From: Lophium mytilinum
Taxonomy: Eukaryota
Reading direction: 5' to 3'
DNA length: 64,000 nt
Assembly (NCBI GenBank): GCA_010093605.1
Contig: MU004190.1
Location: 868,001-932,000 of the forward strand
Shown: one piece after another, positions 24,635 through 35,294 of the stretch
How the letters are laid out: each line of letters begins with the position of its first letter
How positions within the stretch are numbered: position 1 is the stretch's first letter
Program-made: the position numbers and the translations under genes
Notes under the pieces: model-generated
Told to the model about the DNA's origin: nothing
Database searches by the model: none
The model's input: the letters and a program-made list of their open reading frames with translations, nothing else

Positions 24635-25310
24635 TCAATAGTTCTGGCCGTACCTAGAGGAGTGTCCACCACGGTAAAACTCGTCCTCTTCGTCCGGCTC
24701 GTATGTAGCAACCCATATCGTTTCATTGATGGTGAACGTGTAGTCCTCAATCACATTACAATCCGAATCTCGTGGCCACCCGGTGCTGTCGTGGTGGGGG
24801 CCCCAATGTTGATCCCAATGCACCTCGGAAGACATCTGATCTCTCGTATAGCCGTGCATGTCCTTGTAGGTATTCCCGCTGATGTCCTGTGCCTCCTTCA
24901 CACGAATAGTGACATGCCAGCCGTTCGGGTCCGTTTGACCGTAGTATGACATGGTGTTGTGGTGGATGTTCCTAAATGCGCACAATTAGACGTGTGTTAT
25001 TACTTCTGTACAACCTCCTTCACCACTGCTTGGGGTCTCCCCACAGGCTATCAACAGATCAGACTGCATCTTGACTGACGGACCACTGAGCGGCCAGGCT
25101 ACCCCTTACAGTGGTGGCGATTGAACACATTCAACATCTGACTTACCTAATGACGATGGTTCGAACATCAGGATAGTGCCTCATGGCCGTGTTGTAAGCG
25201 GCTGCGTAGACGATCTCATTACGCCGCCGATCGCGTGTGGGATTGCACCACCACAAGAAACGAATAGTGCGGGACCGCTGCACTTGTTGCTGCCTATACA
25301 CGGTAGGCAT
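24635..25310 (-). CDS. Uncharacterised HGY-family protein 3, 166 aa. Exons 25310-25147 and 24971-24635.
   Basis: Exon 1 (absent from the ORF track) MPTVYRQQQVQRSRTIRFLWWCNPTRDRRRNEIVYAAAYNTAMRHYPDVRTIVIR, intron GTAAGT..CTAAT..TAG, then NIHH..DPNGWHVTIRVKE..MHGY..WGPHHD..WP. Confidence 0.82.
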
Positions 25311-27026
25311 GGCGTGAGATGCCTTTAGATAGGTTAGATTAGGAGTTCTGCGCTGTAATCAGAACACCTTGTTTGAAACATGTGTACTCTTGGATATGTC
25401 GGAGAACCACAAGCAGCGGCAAGACCGTGTACATCGATCAATGACGAGGCACAGTACTAACCTGTATGTGTTATAGAGCAGAAGCTTACTATCTGGAAGC
25501 TCGCCCAGGTAAGCTTGAGTTGTGGTTTGTTCGAAGATGTCTAGAGATAGCTTCAGGATCGACCTGATATACTAGACACATCAAAGACACGAGCAAATAT
25601 TGCCCGGTGTCAGTCCCACAAGAACCGCAATCATGCTAGATTGTGAATACAGTACAATAATAGCACCGCTCAGCTGACGACGCCGCAGTACCGGCGACCT
25701 ACATGAGCCTCCCGAATAGCCGCTTCTTTCCCGCCGCCAATGCCCTCTCTAGCAAGGAAGATGGCCTAGGTTTCCCGTAATGAAGGAAACCTCTCTATGG
25801 TGGCTCATAGAGGTCACACTCTGACCAAGCTTATCACCGGGCTCGTGGTATCCACTCCTAAATACCCGGGCTGGGTACAGCATAGTTCAGATACTGGATG
25901 TCTCTTTCTATGAAATTTCATGCACACGTAGCATGGTACCTAGTAACGTCGATGTCTAGTGCAAAGAGTTCTCCTACCTTCTTAGCGAGGAAGAATACGA
26001 AAAGTTTCATCGGCAGTAGTGTAGAACTCAATTAAGAAAACAAAAATAACATATATATCAAGTATAAGTCCAGGGCGAGGATGGTTCACTTATTAGAGTA
26101 GCAACACCACCCGTCCAGGAATAAATCGTACATAGGTAGTTTCAGATTCCGGAATACGGGAGATAAGATAGTTCACGTTAGAGAGGGCCAGATCATGCGG
26201 AGTTTGACGCAATATTTTCCTTGTGACCTTGGTTTGCCCTTCCAATGATGCCCTGTGACCTTACGAATATACATCCATCGCCCGAGGAACTCTTCATGAC
26301 CTCAAGTGTCGTATTGCTGTATGACCCACCAACAAGTCCACATTTCAAAGTTGCTGAATTGAATGGGCGCGCAGGGCATAGAGAAGGTGGCACCCTTGTT
26401 CTAAATACTTGTGTTTGCCACTGCTTGGGCTACTTCAATGCATTTTCGGAAATCCAAACAAGATCGGAGCCCACAACCTTGGGCAACATGAAAACTCGTT
26501 GGAAGCTCTCCAAGCAGTGGCAGGTAGGTGTGCATATGGTCTCCTGATGCTGCTACTTGAATTACCGGTGTAGCTACTTGGGCACTGGTGTACACAGACT
26601 ACTTGATTTCTCCGCACAAGATGCATTTATGGTTCTTCTGGCTTCGCTGGATTAAGCTCTTCAATACGGCTTTGAAGCGCTGATGGCTAATGAGTTCTAC
26701 ATACTTAAATTCGAATACATCTCTCCCTGCATTGTTTCCATGGTTCCAAATGTCGATATACGACACCAGTTATTTGTTCTCTAAGGCAGAGGCCTTCTAG
26801 ATGTTTGATCGTCAATGTTCCCACTTTTTCACGTCCAGCGTGAAGGGGTGAGGTCGGTTTGGAGTGGCTCGATACGGCTAGCGCAGCAAGCACGACTAGC
26901 GCGAAATGATCACTAGCCAATCACCAACATTTACGTTGCCGAGAGCTTCCTCATTCATAAACTCTCATTGCCCTGCAACTTACCTGTCGCAACAACACCA
27001 TACCCTCACCGAATTCAACGTCAACC

Positions 27027-28749
27027 ATGAGTGAGCAAACACCGGCCAAGAGCAAGCAAGTGAGTCCTCAAGGTCAAGAAATGCCTGACCAACCGCCCGA
27101 CGCGAGCAAAGTGGGGAAACCACGCATTATAGCAATCAACGGCATACCCTTCCACAGCAAATCCAGGAATACCACAGCTAGCTCGCAAGTTACCAAGCGC
27201 TGCCGGCCCGAGCCCGTTTATGTAGATCTTCACGACGGTGTTGAGAATGTCGAGCGCTATGTTGTCGGTGGGTATCATCCTACTCACATCGGCGACCTTT
27301 ATCACAACGAGCGCTACAAGATCGTTCACAAGCTTGGCCACGGCACCTTTTCCACCGTCTGGCTCGCTCGCGACATGGTTGAGGAGAAAAACGTGGCCTT
27401 GAAAATATCATGCGCTGATGTGCCTGCGGTGAGCCACGAAAGCCAGACTCTAGGATTGCTTAAAGCGGGACAATCCGACCATCCAGGAAGATGTTATGTC
27501 ACCTCGCTCCTGGACAAGTTTGGTATTGAGGGTCCGAATGGGAAACATCATTGTCTTGTGATGCCTGTTTCTGCCTGCAGCGCATCTAAGTCCAAAGATA
27601 AGCGTGACGGGGGCCATTTCATATTCCCGATGCCAGTTGCAAGGTCGATTGCTGCTCAGGTCCTCCTGGGTCTTGACTACATCCACTCTTGCGGCGTAAT
27701 ACATGGAGGTGAGCGCGCAGCGATTTTTTCACTTGATGATACTCCACTTCGTTTGTTACCACATAATCAAGGGCTAATGGTTGGTAGACTTACATACAGG
27801 TAATATCCTTATCGAACTTCCAGGCCTAGACCAACTTCCCGAGGACGAGTTGTACGCGCACCTCGGCGAACCCAAAAAGCAACCTCTCCGGCGTAGAGAC
27901 GGTCTTCCACTCGGATCGAATGCCCCGGCCTACTCGGTTTCATCCGCTATGTTAGTGCTCGGCTGCGGAACAGAGGTCAAGGACCCAAAAGTCCTCATCT
28001 CAGACTTCGGAGAATCTTTCCTTATCACCGATGAAGACTGCAAGGAGTTGCACACGCCTATGATTCTACGTCCCCCGGAGTCCTTCTTCGGAGAACGCAT
28101 CGGGCCAAAGGCGGATATCTGGACAATGGGATGCACCCTCTTTGAGATCCTGGGATGCGGTACACTCTTCGAAAACTGGTTTCCGGATATGAACCAGACA
28201 GTAACGGAGATGATCAGCACCCTAGGTCCAATACCAACGAGGTGGTGGGACAAGTGGTCTGCTGAAGGCAAGAGCATGTCTTTCAACCAGGACGGGACCT
28301 GGAAAGAAGGAGCTTTCGTGATGTCGTTGGCGGACCGAATGCGGACCATGGCTTCGAAGGACCCTAGCCGAGAGGCTGTGCCACCCGATTGTAGCGAAGA
28401 GGAGTTTGCAAGCCTCGAAACTTTGTTCAAGATAATGTTGACATACGAGCCTGCGGAGAGGGCCACAGCAAGCGACGTGGTAGCTTCAGAGTGGGTGCAG
28501 AAATGGGCGATTCCTGCAATCACGGAGCCTTCTTCCCCAGTCAGCCTCGACTTTCTAGCGGAGAGGCGTCGCGAATGGGTGGCCCTAGTTGCGGAACAAG
28601 ATAAACGGAGGGCAGAAACGCAAGAAAAGCAGGCGAAGAAGGACGCGCTGCGGGCCGAGGATGAGAAGTCGGGACTGTGCAAAGAAAAAGAGGTCCCAGA
28701 TTCTGAGCTTACCGAAAATGAACACTTCAAGCGGAATCAGGAAGCTTAG
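27027..28749 (+). CDS. SRPK-like (CMGC) Ser/Thr protein kinase 2. Exons 27027-27708 and 27788-28749.
   Basis: YVVGGYHP, HKLGHGTFSTVWLA, VALKI, HG^DLHTGNI, DFGES, RPPE and DIWTMGC motifs; same intron position as kinase 1. Confidence 0.93.
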
Positions 28750-28816
28750 GAGGAAGTGGAGAAGTTGAAGGCGGGAAAATTTCCGGACTAGGCTCAATCT
28801 GCTAACGACCGGAATG

Positions 28817-28854
28817 CAATTCTTGTACAATTCTTGTACAATTCTTGTGCAATT
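28817..28854. repeat. Short tandem repeat (CAATTCTTGTA)x3
   Basis: Read directly from the sequence, downstream of kinase 2. Confidence 0.8.
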
Positions 28855-29183
28855 AGCAGGCTACGAGTTCCGCATTGAGACCTTAGATGGGCCTCATCTC
28901 ATGGAATGGATGTGCTTAGGGGAAGTTCCAAAGCTTGATGTCGTAGTAGAATTATCCTAGCATCAGCGAACACATGAACTTTAAGGTCGTCGATAAAAGG
29001 CAGTAAACATAATGAAGTAATTCTCTAGGGTATCACGTTCGCACTGCCTACATATCATCGTGAGGTCCGCAAATATCTCATAATCCAGAGCACATAGCAT
29101 CCTCAAAGCCATACCCAGTCTACCTCCCATCCCCATTCCCCTTCACTCATGATCCATTTCATGCAAGCCATGCTAAGATATCA

Positions 29184-31098
29184 TCACCATTCAGGCGGAT
29201 CCAAGCAGCTCATTGACTTCGCCACACGAACCAACTCATCAGCCTCCTTCTTCGAAAGTGCAAACTTCATGGTGGCGTCATACACCATAACGCTCTCCCC
29301 ACTCACCTTCGCCACCTCAGATCGCACCATACCCTGATCGAATCCCTCGGCGTTTTTTCCGTCATCTACCCCATCCTCTACATCCCCAAAAAACATCAGA
29401 TCCTCTCCCTGCGACACCCACGTAGGGAAATGTCCTTCCCCAGGCATCTCAACACTGCAATCCTGATCCGACAGCAGGTCAATCTGATTCTGCGGTTTCT
29501 GATCACCCGCATCCCCATCCATTCCCGTCGGTTCCTCATAGCCGTCCGGTATCACCCACTCCACAACCTTCCAGTCCTTCGTCAGTAACGCGTGGCCCTT
29601 CATACAGGTAAGCTGCCTGCATGCCCCTCCCATTTCGCACTGCTGCGTCCGCGCGCGATACCGCACAGCATCCAGCAGTTTTGGATCTAGCACTTCTGAT
29701 GGACTGTGGTCCAGGAGACAGGTAGGCGCATTGCAGGCGCCGCGGAAATGGAAGTCGGGACAAGGGTTGCCTTGGGCGCTGTTATTGGCGTTGAGGGCGT
29801 CGAGGGAGGCCTTTTCAGAGTGCTGCAGGAGAGTGTCGAGGCGGTGGGCGGAGGCGTTGAGGGGGATGAGGTGAGAGTTCTCGGTATGAGGGAGCGGGAG
29901 AGAGTGATTGGAGGAAGTAAGGGTTCGCTGGTCGAGGGGGTTCGAGGAGGGTTCGGGGGTGTTGGGACGGTCGGGCGTGATGCCGGAGTCTGGTGGGAGG
30001 GGAGATTGGGTTGGAGGAGGATGGAACATTTTGCAATCTTTCCCCCATTTGCAGCTTCCCTATATACTTGAATGTCAGCATGAGGTTCTCGTGGTGGTGG
30101 CTGCTTCGAGCTGCTCTCGGCGTGACTCTATGTGTCCTCAAGTACTCAGATTGATTTTATGTCCGAGGCATTGGAAGTTGAAACTTGCCATCTTATAGAA
30201 CCAACACTCCTGAATGGGCACCGGGAACACTTTCTCGAATGCGAAACTAGCTGACGCACGCAGAGGGTGTCCATTTTTGACGTATATAGGTGCCACAATC
30301 GTAACGCGCTTCGTTGCCTTTATAGCCGATCGAAGGAGCTCGACGTATGGCTGGCCGCCAAGAAAGAAGATATGTTTGCATCGACTGTCTTTCAAGGACT
30401 GCTCGAAGATTTCTGATATAATGATGAATAAGGTGCCGCTCGTTTGGGGTGGTGGCTGTGTCTTACGTTTGACCTGTCGTATCTTCCTGCCAGTCGACCC
30501 AACATCCACGTAGTGGAACTGAGTATCGAATGCATTGAACGACAGAATGAATCGGTCCAGCGAGGGGCTTAGTCCAGGGCCGAGTAGTTCCCGTAGCTTG
30601 GCTACGTTCGCGTACACACGCACCCGGATGTCGTATTCCCCAGCGGGGAGCTTACGCGCTCTCTCTTGGACGGCAGCGTGTAGATACTCGGCGGCCAAAT
30701 TACCTCCAGAGTCTCCGGCTTGGATGAGGTTCTCATCAAACTAGAGCTGGTTCAGCATCTTCGTGTGGCGATGTTGGCAAGATTAGGAACTCACGCTCTT
30801 CCCGTGGTCATCTACTAGTACCAGCACGAATGGCTTCTTGACGCTCTTCAGCGGAGCCTTTGCGGCGGCCGAGGGCTTTTCGGGAGCCATCGTGTCTTTT
30901 GGCGGCAGCTTTACAATAATCTTCGGGGGTTCGGTCTCGGTAGTCTCGCACTTGCGAATGGGCTTAGATGGGTAGGATTAGTGGAAATGACTAGGAAATG
31001 AAATGACTTACCTGGAGGCTCCCCGTCTCCTGGGTCTTCGTGGCTTGCTCATCTCCTGACGAAGAGATAGCCACCGGACGCTTGCCTCTATTCGACAT
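29184..31098 (-). CDS. DUF7923-like (NYN/PIN-like) plus CCCH zinc-finger protein. Exons 31098-31012, 30962-30795, 30740-30467, 30412-30189, 30059-29184.
   Basis: PFVLVLVDDHG, FDENLIQAGDSGGNLAA, VRVYANV and FHYVDVG motifs. A GC-AG intron (30188-30060) completes CWFYKM|GSCKWGKDCKMFH. Further fingers CPDFHFRGACNAPTCLLDH and CEMGGACRQLTCMKGH. Confidence 0.8.
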
Positions 31099-32853
31099 CG
31101 ACTTGATCACTGGCTGGGTATCCAGGTGATACGACTGATGGTGGCAGTTTATCAAGATGATGAGAAGCAAACAAGAAGAGGTCGAGGAAGAGAGTATGTC
31201 CGTTCAATGGTTAGCTACATGACGAGAAGCGGTGTAACGCGAAGCGTGACTTTCGGGTTTCTGCCTGGAAATATGTCACAAGTGACCGGTCATTTCGGGC
31301 CCGATACCGGTGCTTTATGCGCAACTTTTTGTCGAAACAGGACTTATCCCATGGTCATTCTGTGTTGTCGGATTAATTTTATGTACACCAGCTTACCGCC
31401 GCGTTGTTCGTGGACTTCGATTGAAAAGTTACATCTCGATCGCTCTTATACGTCTCTTCTACAATTTTGCTAAGGCACTGAAGCGCCGGAATAAGAACAG
31501 ATGATACCGCTTGCCTGAACAAAAAAGGGGCCCCCCAGAGTCTCCCAAAGAGAGCTTGCTAGACTTGTCTTTGCAATCAGCTGAACGTTCTAAATCAAAC
31601 CTTCGCTCCCGAGCACGTCGGTTCTTCACCACCACATACTGTCGACGCTTCCCTCAGATACCTCAAGATCAAGCTTAGCACGTGAGCGCCTGGAAAGTGA
31701 GATGGCTCTTGGGGAGACTGGAAAGTGCGGGCACACGGCCAGGGACCTTTGTCCACTACCTACTAGCGCAGCCGCTAAACAGCCCGGGCGAGCACGTGGC
31801 GAGCAACTCAAGCGAGAGACCTCACGTGACAGAATAAACACAGCATTGAAATGCGAATGTACGAGAAGCTCATAATAGAAGTCGCGCTTGGTCACTGCAA
31901 GAAATCCTACATCTCCAGGATCAATAGCAACCTTTTTCCCGAAGAAATTCCCCAGGAGAATTAGCTGTGCCGGATTAGTGCTTACAAGCCTCATCAGCGT
32001 TCAGAATTATGATTCGAAACTTGTTAACAGCGAGAATAAAACGACAACTCAGGCTTTCTAGGAAGTCGTACTTATATCAGAAGGGAATTTGGTGCTATTC
32101 AATCGATAGCGGCGTAATACGAAGCTCTTTCCTTCCGGAGTCATTCGTGCGTATTCTTGACGAGCTTCAATGCGCTTGCAGTTTTTGAACTTGCACACTG
32201 TAAGCAGAACATGAATCATAATGCCGGACTTCATAATGACGCGCTCCTACAATCGTGTCTTCATGGCGGTGATGTCTCACGTCGTCGACCATGGCGATCA
32301 AGGTTCCGCCGCGCACGAGCCACCCCAGCCATGCCCGCCACATGTTTTCGTCCAGCCTCTCCCAAAACACCAACCACCACTAATTTGCGCAATTGCTAGA
32401 AAAGAAGCCGCCGGTCGCTGTAATGGCTTTCCTCTTTCATCCTGCTCACGCTGCACTCCCTAACACTGCCTATCCCCTTCCACCATCCGACTGCTATCCA
32501 ATTGTTACGCTGCCAACACCGCATCTGCACCAGCGAATAGTACCACACTGAGCTGGCCTGCCTCCCGATTCCCCACCATCGCTCTTCAACTTTCACGCTT
32601 CGCATCGCTATTATACTACACCGACAGCCTGCTTCGACCTTTGTATAAGACGTTGTCTTGAGTAACTGTATGTCAATCTCCACTGCATTCTTCAAAATCT
32701 CCAACTAACGCATTCACAGCTCCCACACACTCTTGCTCACACATCACTACCACCACTACACCCGCCAACTATCCATACTCCAACCGCCTCCACACTACAC
32801 CGGCACAGCCATCAACCTCTCCAACAACCGCCAACACCCACCCACCAGCAACT

Positions 32854-33000
32854 ATGAAGCGCAACATCGTCATCTTCCTCATCGTCCTCATCCTCTTCAT
32901 CCTCATCGCCCTCATCGCCTGGCTGATATACTACCTCCAAACACGCATGGCCGTCGGCGGCGGCGCCGCGAGCAGTGTGAGCGATGTGACGGAAGTGTAG
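32854..33000 (+). CDS. 48-aa single-TM micropeptide MKRNIVIFLIVLILFILIALIAWLIYYLQTRMAVGGGAASSVSDVTEV
   Basis: Strong C-ending codon bias, C/A-rich leader, and a 5'UTR intron GTATGT(32668)..ACTAAC..CAG(32719). Confidence 0.7.
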   Translation: MKRNIVIFLIVLILFILIALIAWLIYYLQTRMAVGGGAASSVSDVTEV

Positions 33001-33808
33001 ACCTGCAATCCTCGTCGAGTGCATGATTCATGATTGGGAAAGAAAAACGTTGCTTCTATTATCATGACCTGGACTTGTATTTACGCGAGAGGGATACGGG
33101 ACATGTGTTTAATGAGTTCGATACAGCGACACGCGCATACGGTTGGCGTTTGGGTTTGGGCATTGGATTGGATTGGGACGGATGGGATTGGCTCGGCGTT
33201 TTGCTTTTATATATATTGAGGTCGCCGAGGCGATTGATAGATACCCCGTTGGTTACGCGGGAGGACTGTATTTATGTATACAGGCATTGATATCTATATC
33301 ACATATCAGCTATTACATCAACCAAACATTTCGATAATGCTTCGAGTTTCACGTTGCTGGCGAGATTTCAGCTTGGAAGCAGAAGTAGTGTCGATGCTTC
33401 GATTAGCTACCGTACCTATGTAGGGTGGTCCGTCATTCCAACCGCTTTTCCAATCTTCCAGAACCGCAAGCCATCGTCGGCATATTTAGTGTACAAGATC
33501 GGGCGGGGTGGGAGGCCAAAAAGAGCAGAAGCTAATTGTGCAGCCGCAGCAGCGAAGATGAAAGGAAAACTTTGCTCTTGACGCCGATCTGCAAAGCGCA
33601 GGCCCATGCAGACTTGAATTCGAATCATTCAACCAGAGCCCCAAAGTTATCCACCCCACGCCTTTTGAACTGAAGGAAATAAGAAACGCAAATCGAAGAA
33701 CTGAGGCCGGCTTGACGCTGCAGGTTGGGTGGCTGTGCAGCGAATAGAAGGAGCATTGGACAGTGTCAGGCTGTGAATGGAAGCGAGCTGCTGTGAGAGA
33801 TGGGTCCA

Positions 33809-34897
33809 CTAGAGGTCATCCTCTTCCATCTCGTCTTCTCCAACAGGTTCCTGACTCTCTTTGAACACCCTAGTGAAAAACCGCGTTAGGATGGAAATGT
33901 CCTTAGATAGGATTTAGAACTAAATTTCAACAGGGGGTTTGCGCAAACTTACAAGTGGCGCTCGTAGTATTGAAGCATCTGCAGAAAAAATGTCAGCCAA
34001 GCTCAATGGAATGAATCATAGAATCATACCTTTTGAGGGCACTTCTTGTAGAGAAGTGACAAAGTATGTTGTGTCTTCCTCTCATCGTTCCACATAATGT
34101 ATCCCATCAACTTGGGCCCTCCAGTTTTGGCGTCAGTGGTCTGCTCCACTGACTCAACGCTGATAACAAGTTCTTCCCACAGCCCTTGCGGTGGTTCCCA
34201 TACTTGCTCCGACTTGATCTTGCTCTTCAAAGCCGGTGTGCTGTCGTCCCCGTTCTTTCCTCCCTTCGATTTCCTACGTCCTTGCTTGGGGGTTTTGCTC
34301 GCGACGGGGGTCCCAGACTGTTTCCGTTTCCTGCCGGAGGCAGATGTTGGTTCTCCTAGCTTCGGCCTACCGCCAATCTTCTTGTGATATGCTGCCAAGA
34401 GATCCGTTGCGCCCGTTCTATAAGATTGTCAGCGCAAGAATGGAGCATTTGGCGCACAACTCACAGGTTGTCTTCTGGTTCCCAAGTTCGGTCCGACTTC
34501 TTCTCATAGCCTAACCACTTCACCTCGTATTTGAGGACCTTGGTATGTTAGTGTCTGCCGTAACTAAGTGACTGGGCGTGCTCACTTCGTCATCGAACGC
34601 GTGGTTAAGAATAGCCTCGACTATGTATCTGAAAATGCATTAGTCAAAGACACGCGCGTGGCGAGGGCGCGAATGCATACTCCTCCTCTCCGACTTCATC
34701 AGAGCCATTCTCGTCGCCATCTTCCTCACCGTTCTCGTTGCCGTTCTGAACGTCAGATTCGTCCTTGTCGAATGGGATCTCGTCCTCGTTTCCGGAGACA
34801 GAAGCTTCTTCGTCGCTCAGGGCAGCTATTGCGCGACGCATTAGTGAGATATTCGCAATGTTGAGGAGGACGGAGGAGGGGCTGGCTCACGCGGCAT
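33809..34897 (-). CDS. HP1: Heterochromatin protein 1 (chromo plus chromoshadow domains). Seven exons: 34897-34891, 34825-34681, 34628-34586, 34538-34465, 34417-34030, 33978-33953, 33869-33809.
   Basis: Chromodomain EYIVEAILNH..KYEVKWLGYEKKSDRTWEPEDNL; basic hinge; chromoshadow WEELVISVESVE..YKKCPQKMLQYYERHLVF. Confidence 0.92.
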
Positions 34898-35294
34898 GGT
34901 AGCTGTTTGGCGATCGCGCGCGCGTTAAAAGCTGGAGGTGGTTTAGCTGAAGGGTTCACAAGAGATTTCGACGCATTAGCTCAATTGGCGCTGCAGTCGG
35001 GCAATGGCTGCGACGCGCCGGGAGTGATGAAGTGGTGGCTAGGGCTGGGGTGAAATGAAGTTGGCGAGCTTCCGTCGCGTAGGCAGATGGCGATTTATGC
35101 GATTAGGGCTTGGCAGCGAGAAAGTTCACGTCCACTTCAAATTTTGGAGCCGCAAACACCGCAACCCCATCCCACGCGTCGTGTGAACCGCAACCCACTA
35201 CTCTTTTGAACCATACGTCTGTTTGTGGTCGTTGATACCCTAGAGAGCTCCTTGAAAAGCGAGAGAAATCCCCGCAGCGGGGTCCGGTGCACAG
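34898..35294. promoter_or_regulatory. Probable bidirectional promoter between HP1 and CCT5
   Basis: About 400 bp between two divergent start codons; contains several CGCG/ACGCG elements. Confidence 0.55.

Larger units (their letters stand above)
22679..25685. repeat. Diverged head-to-tail tandem duplication of about 1.5 kb (about 22679-24140 and 24173-25685), each unit carrying one HGY-family gene
   Basis: Non-coding matches such as ATTCCACGAC..CAGTGTCTAGTT (22679/24173), CTCTGCCGTCGTC, TTCAGGA[C/T]CGACCTGA and GTCAGTC..CAAGAAC.GCAAT (24042/25609). Both first coding exons are exactly 164 nt. Confidence 0.85.

Noticed and set aside
27930..28730. 266-aa minus-strand ORF
   Set aside because: Antisense shadow of kinase 2.
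17100..32400. Starship or other large transposon as carrier of the kinase/HGY block
   Set aside because: No DUF3435 tyrosine recombinase, transposase or boundary repeats found.
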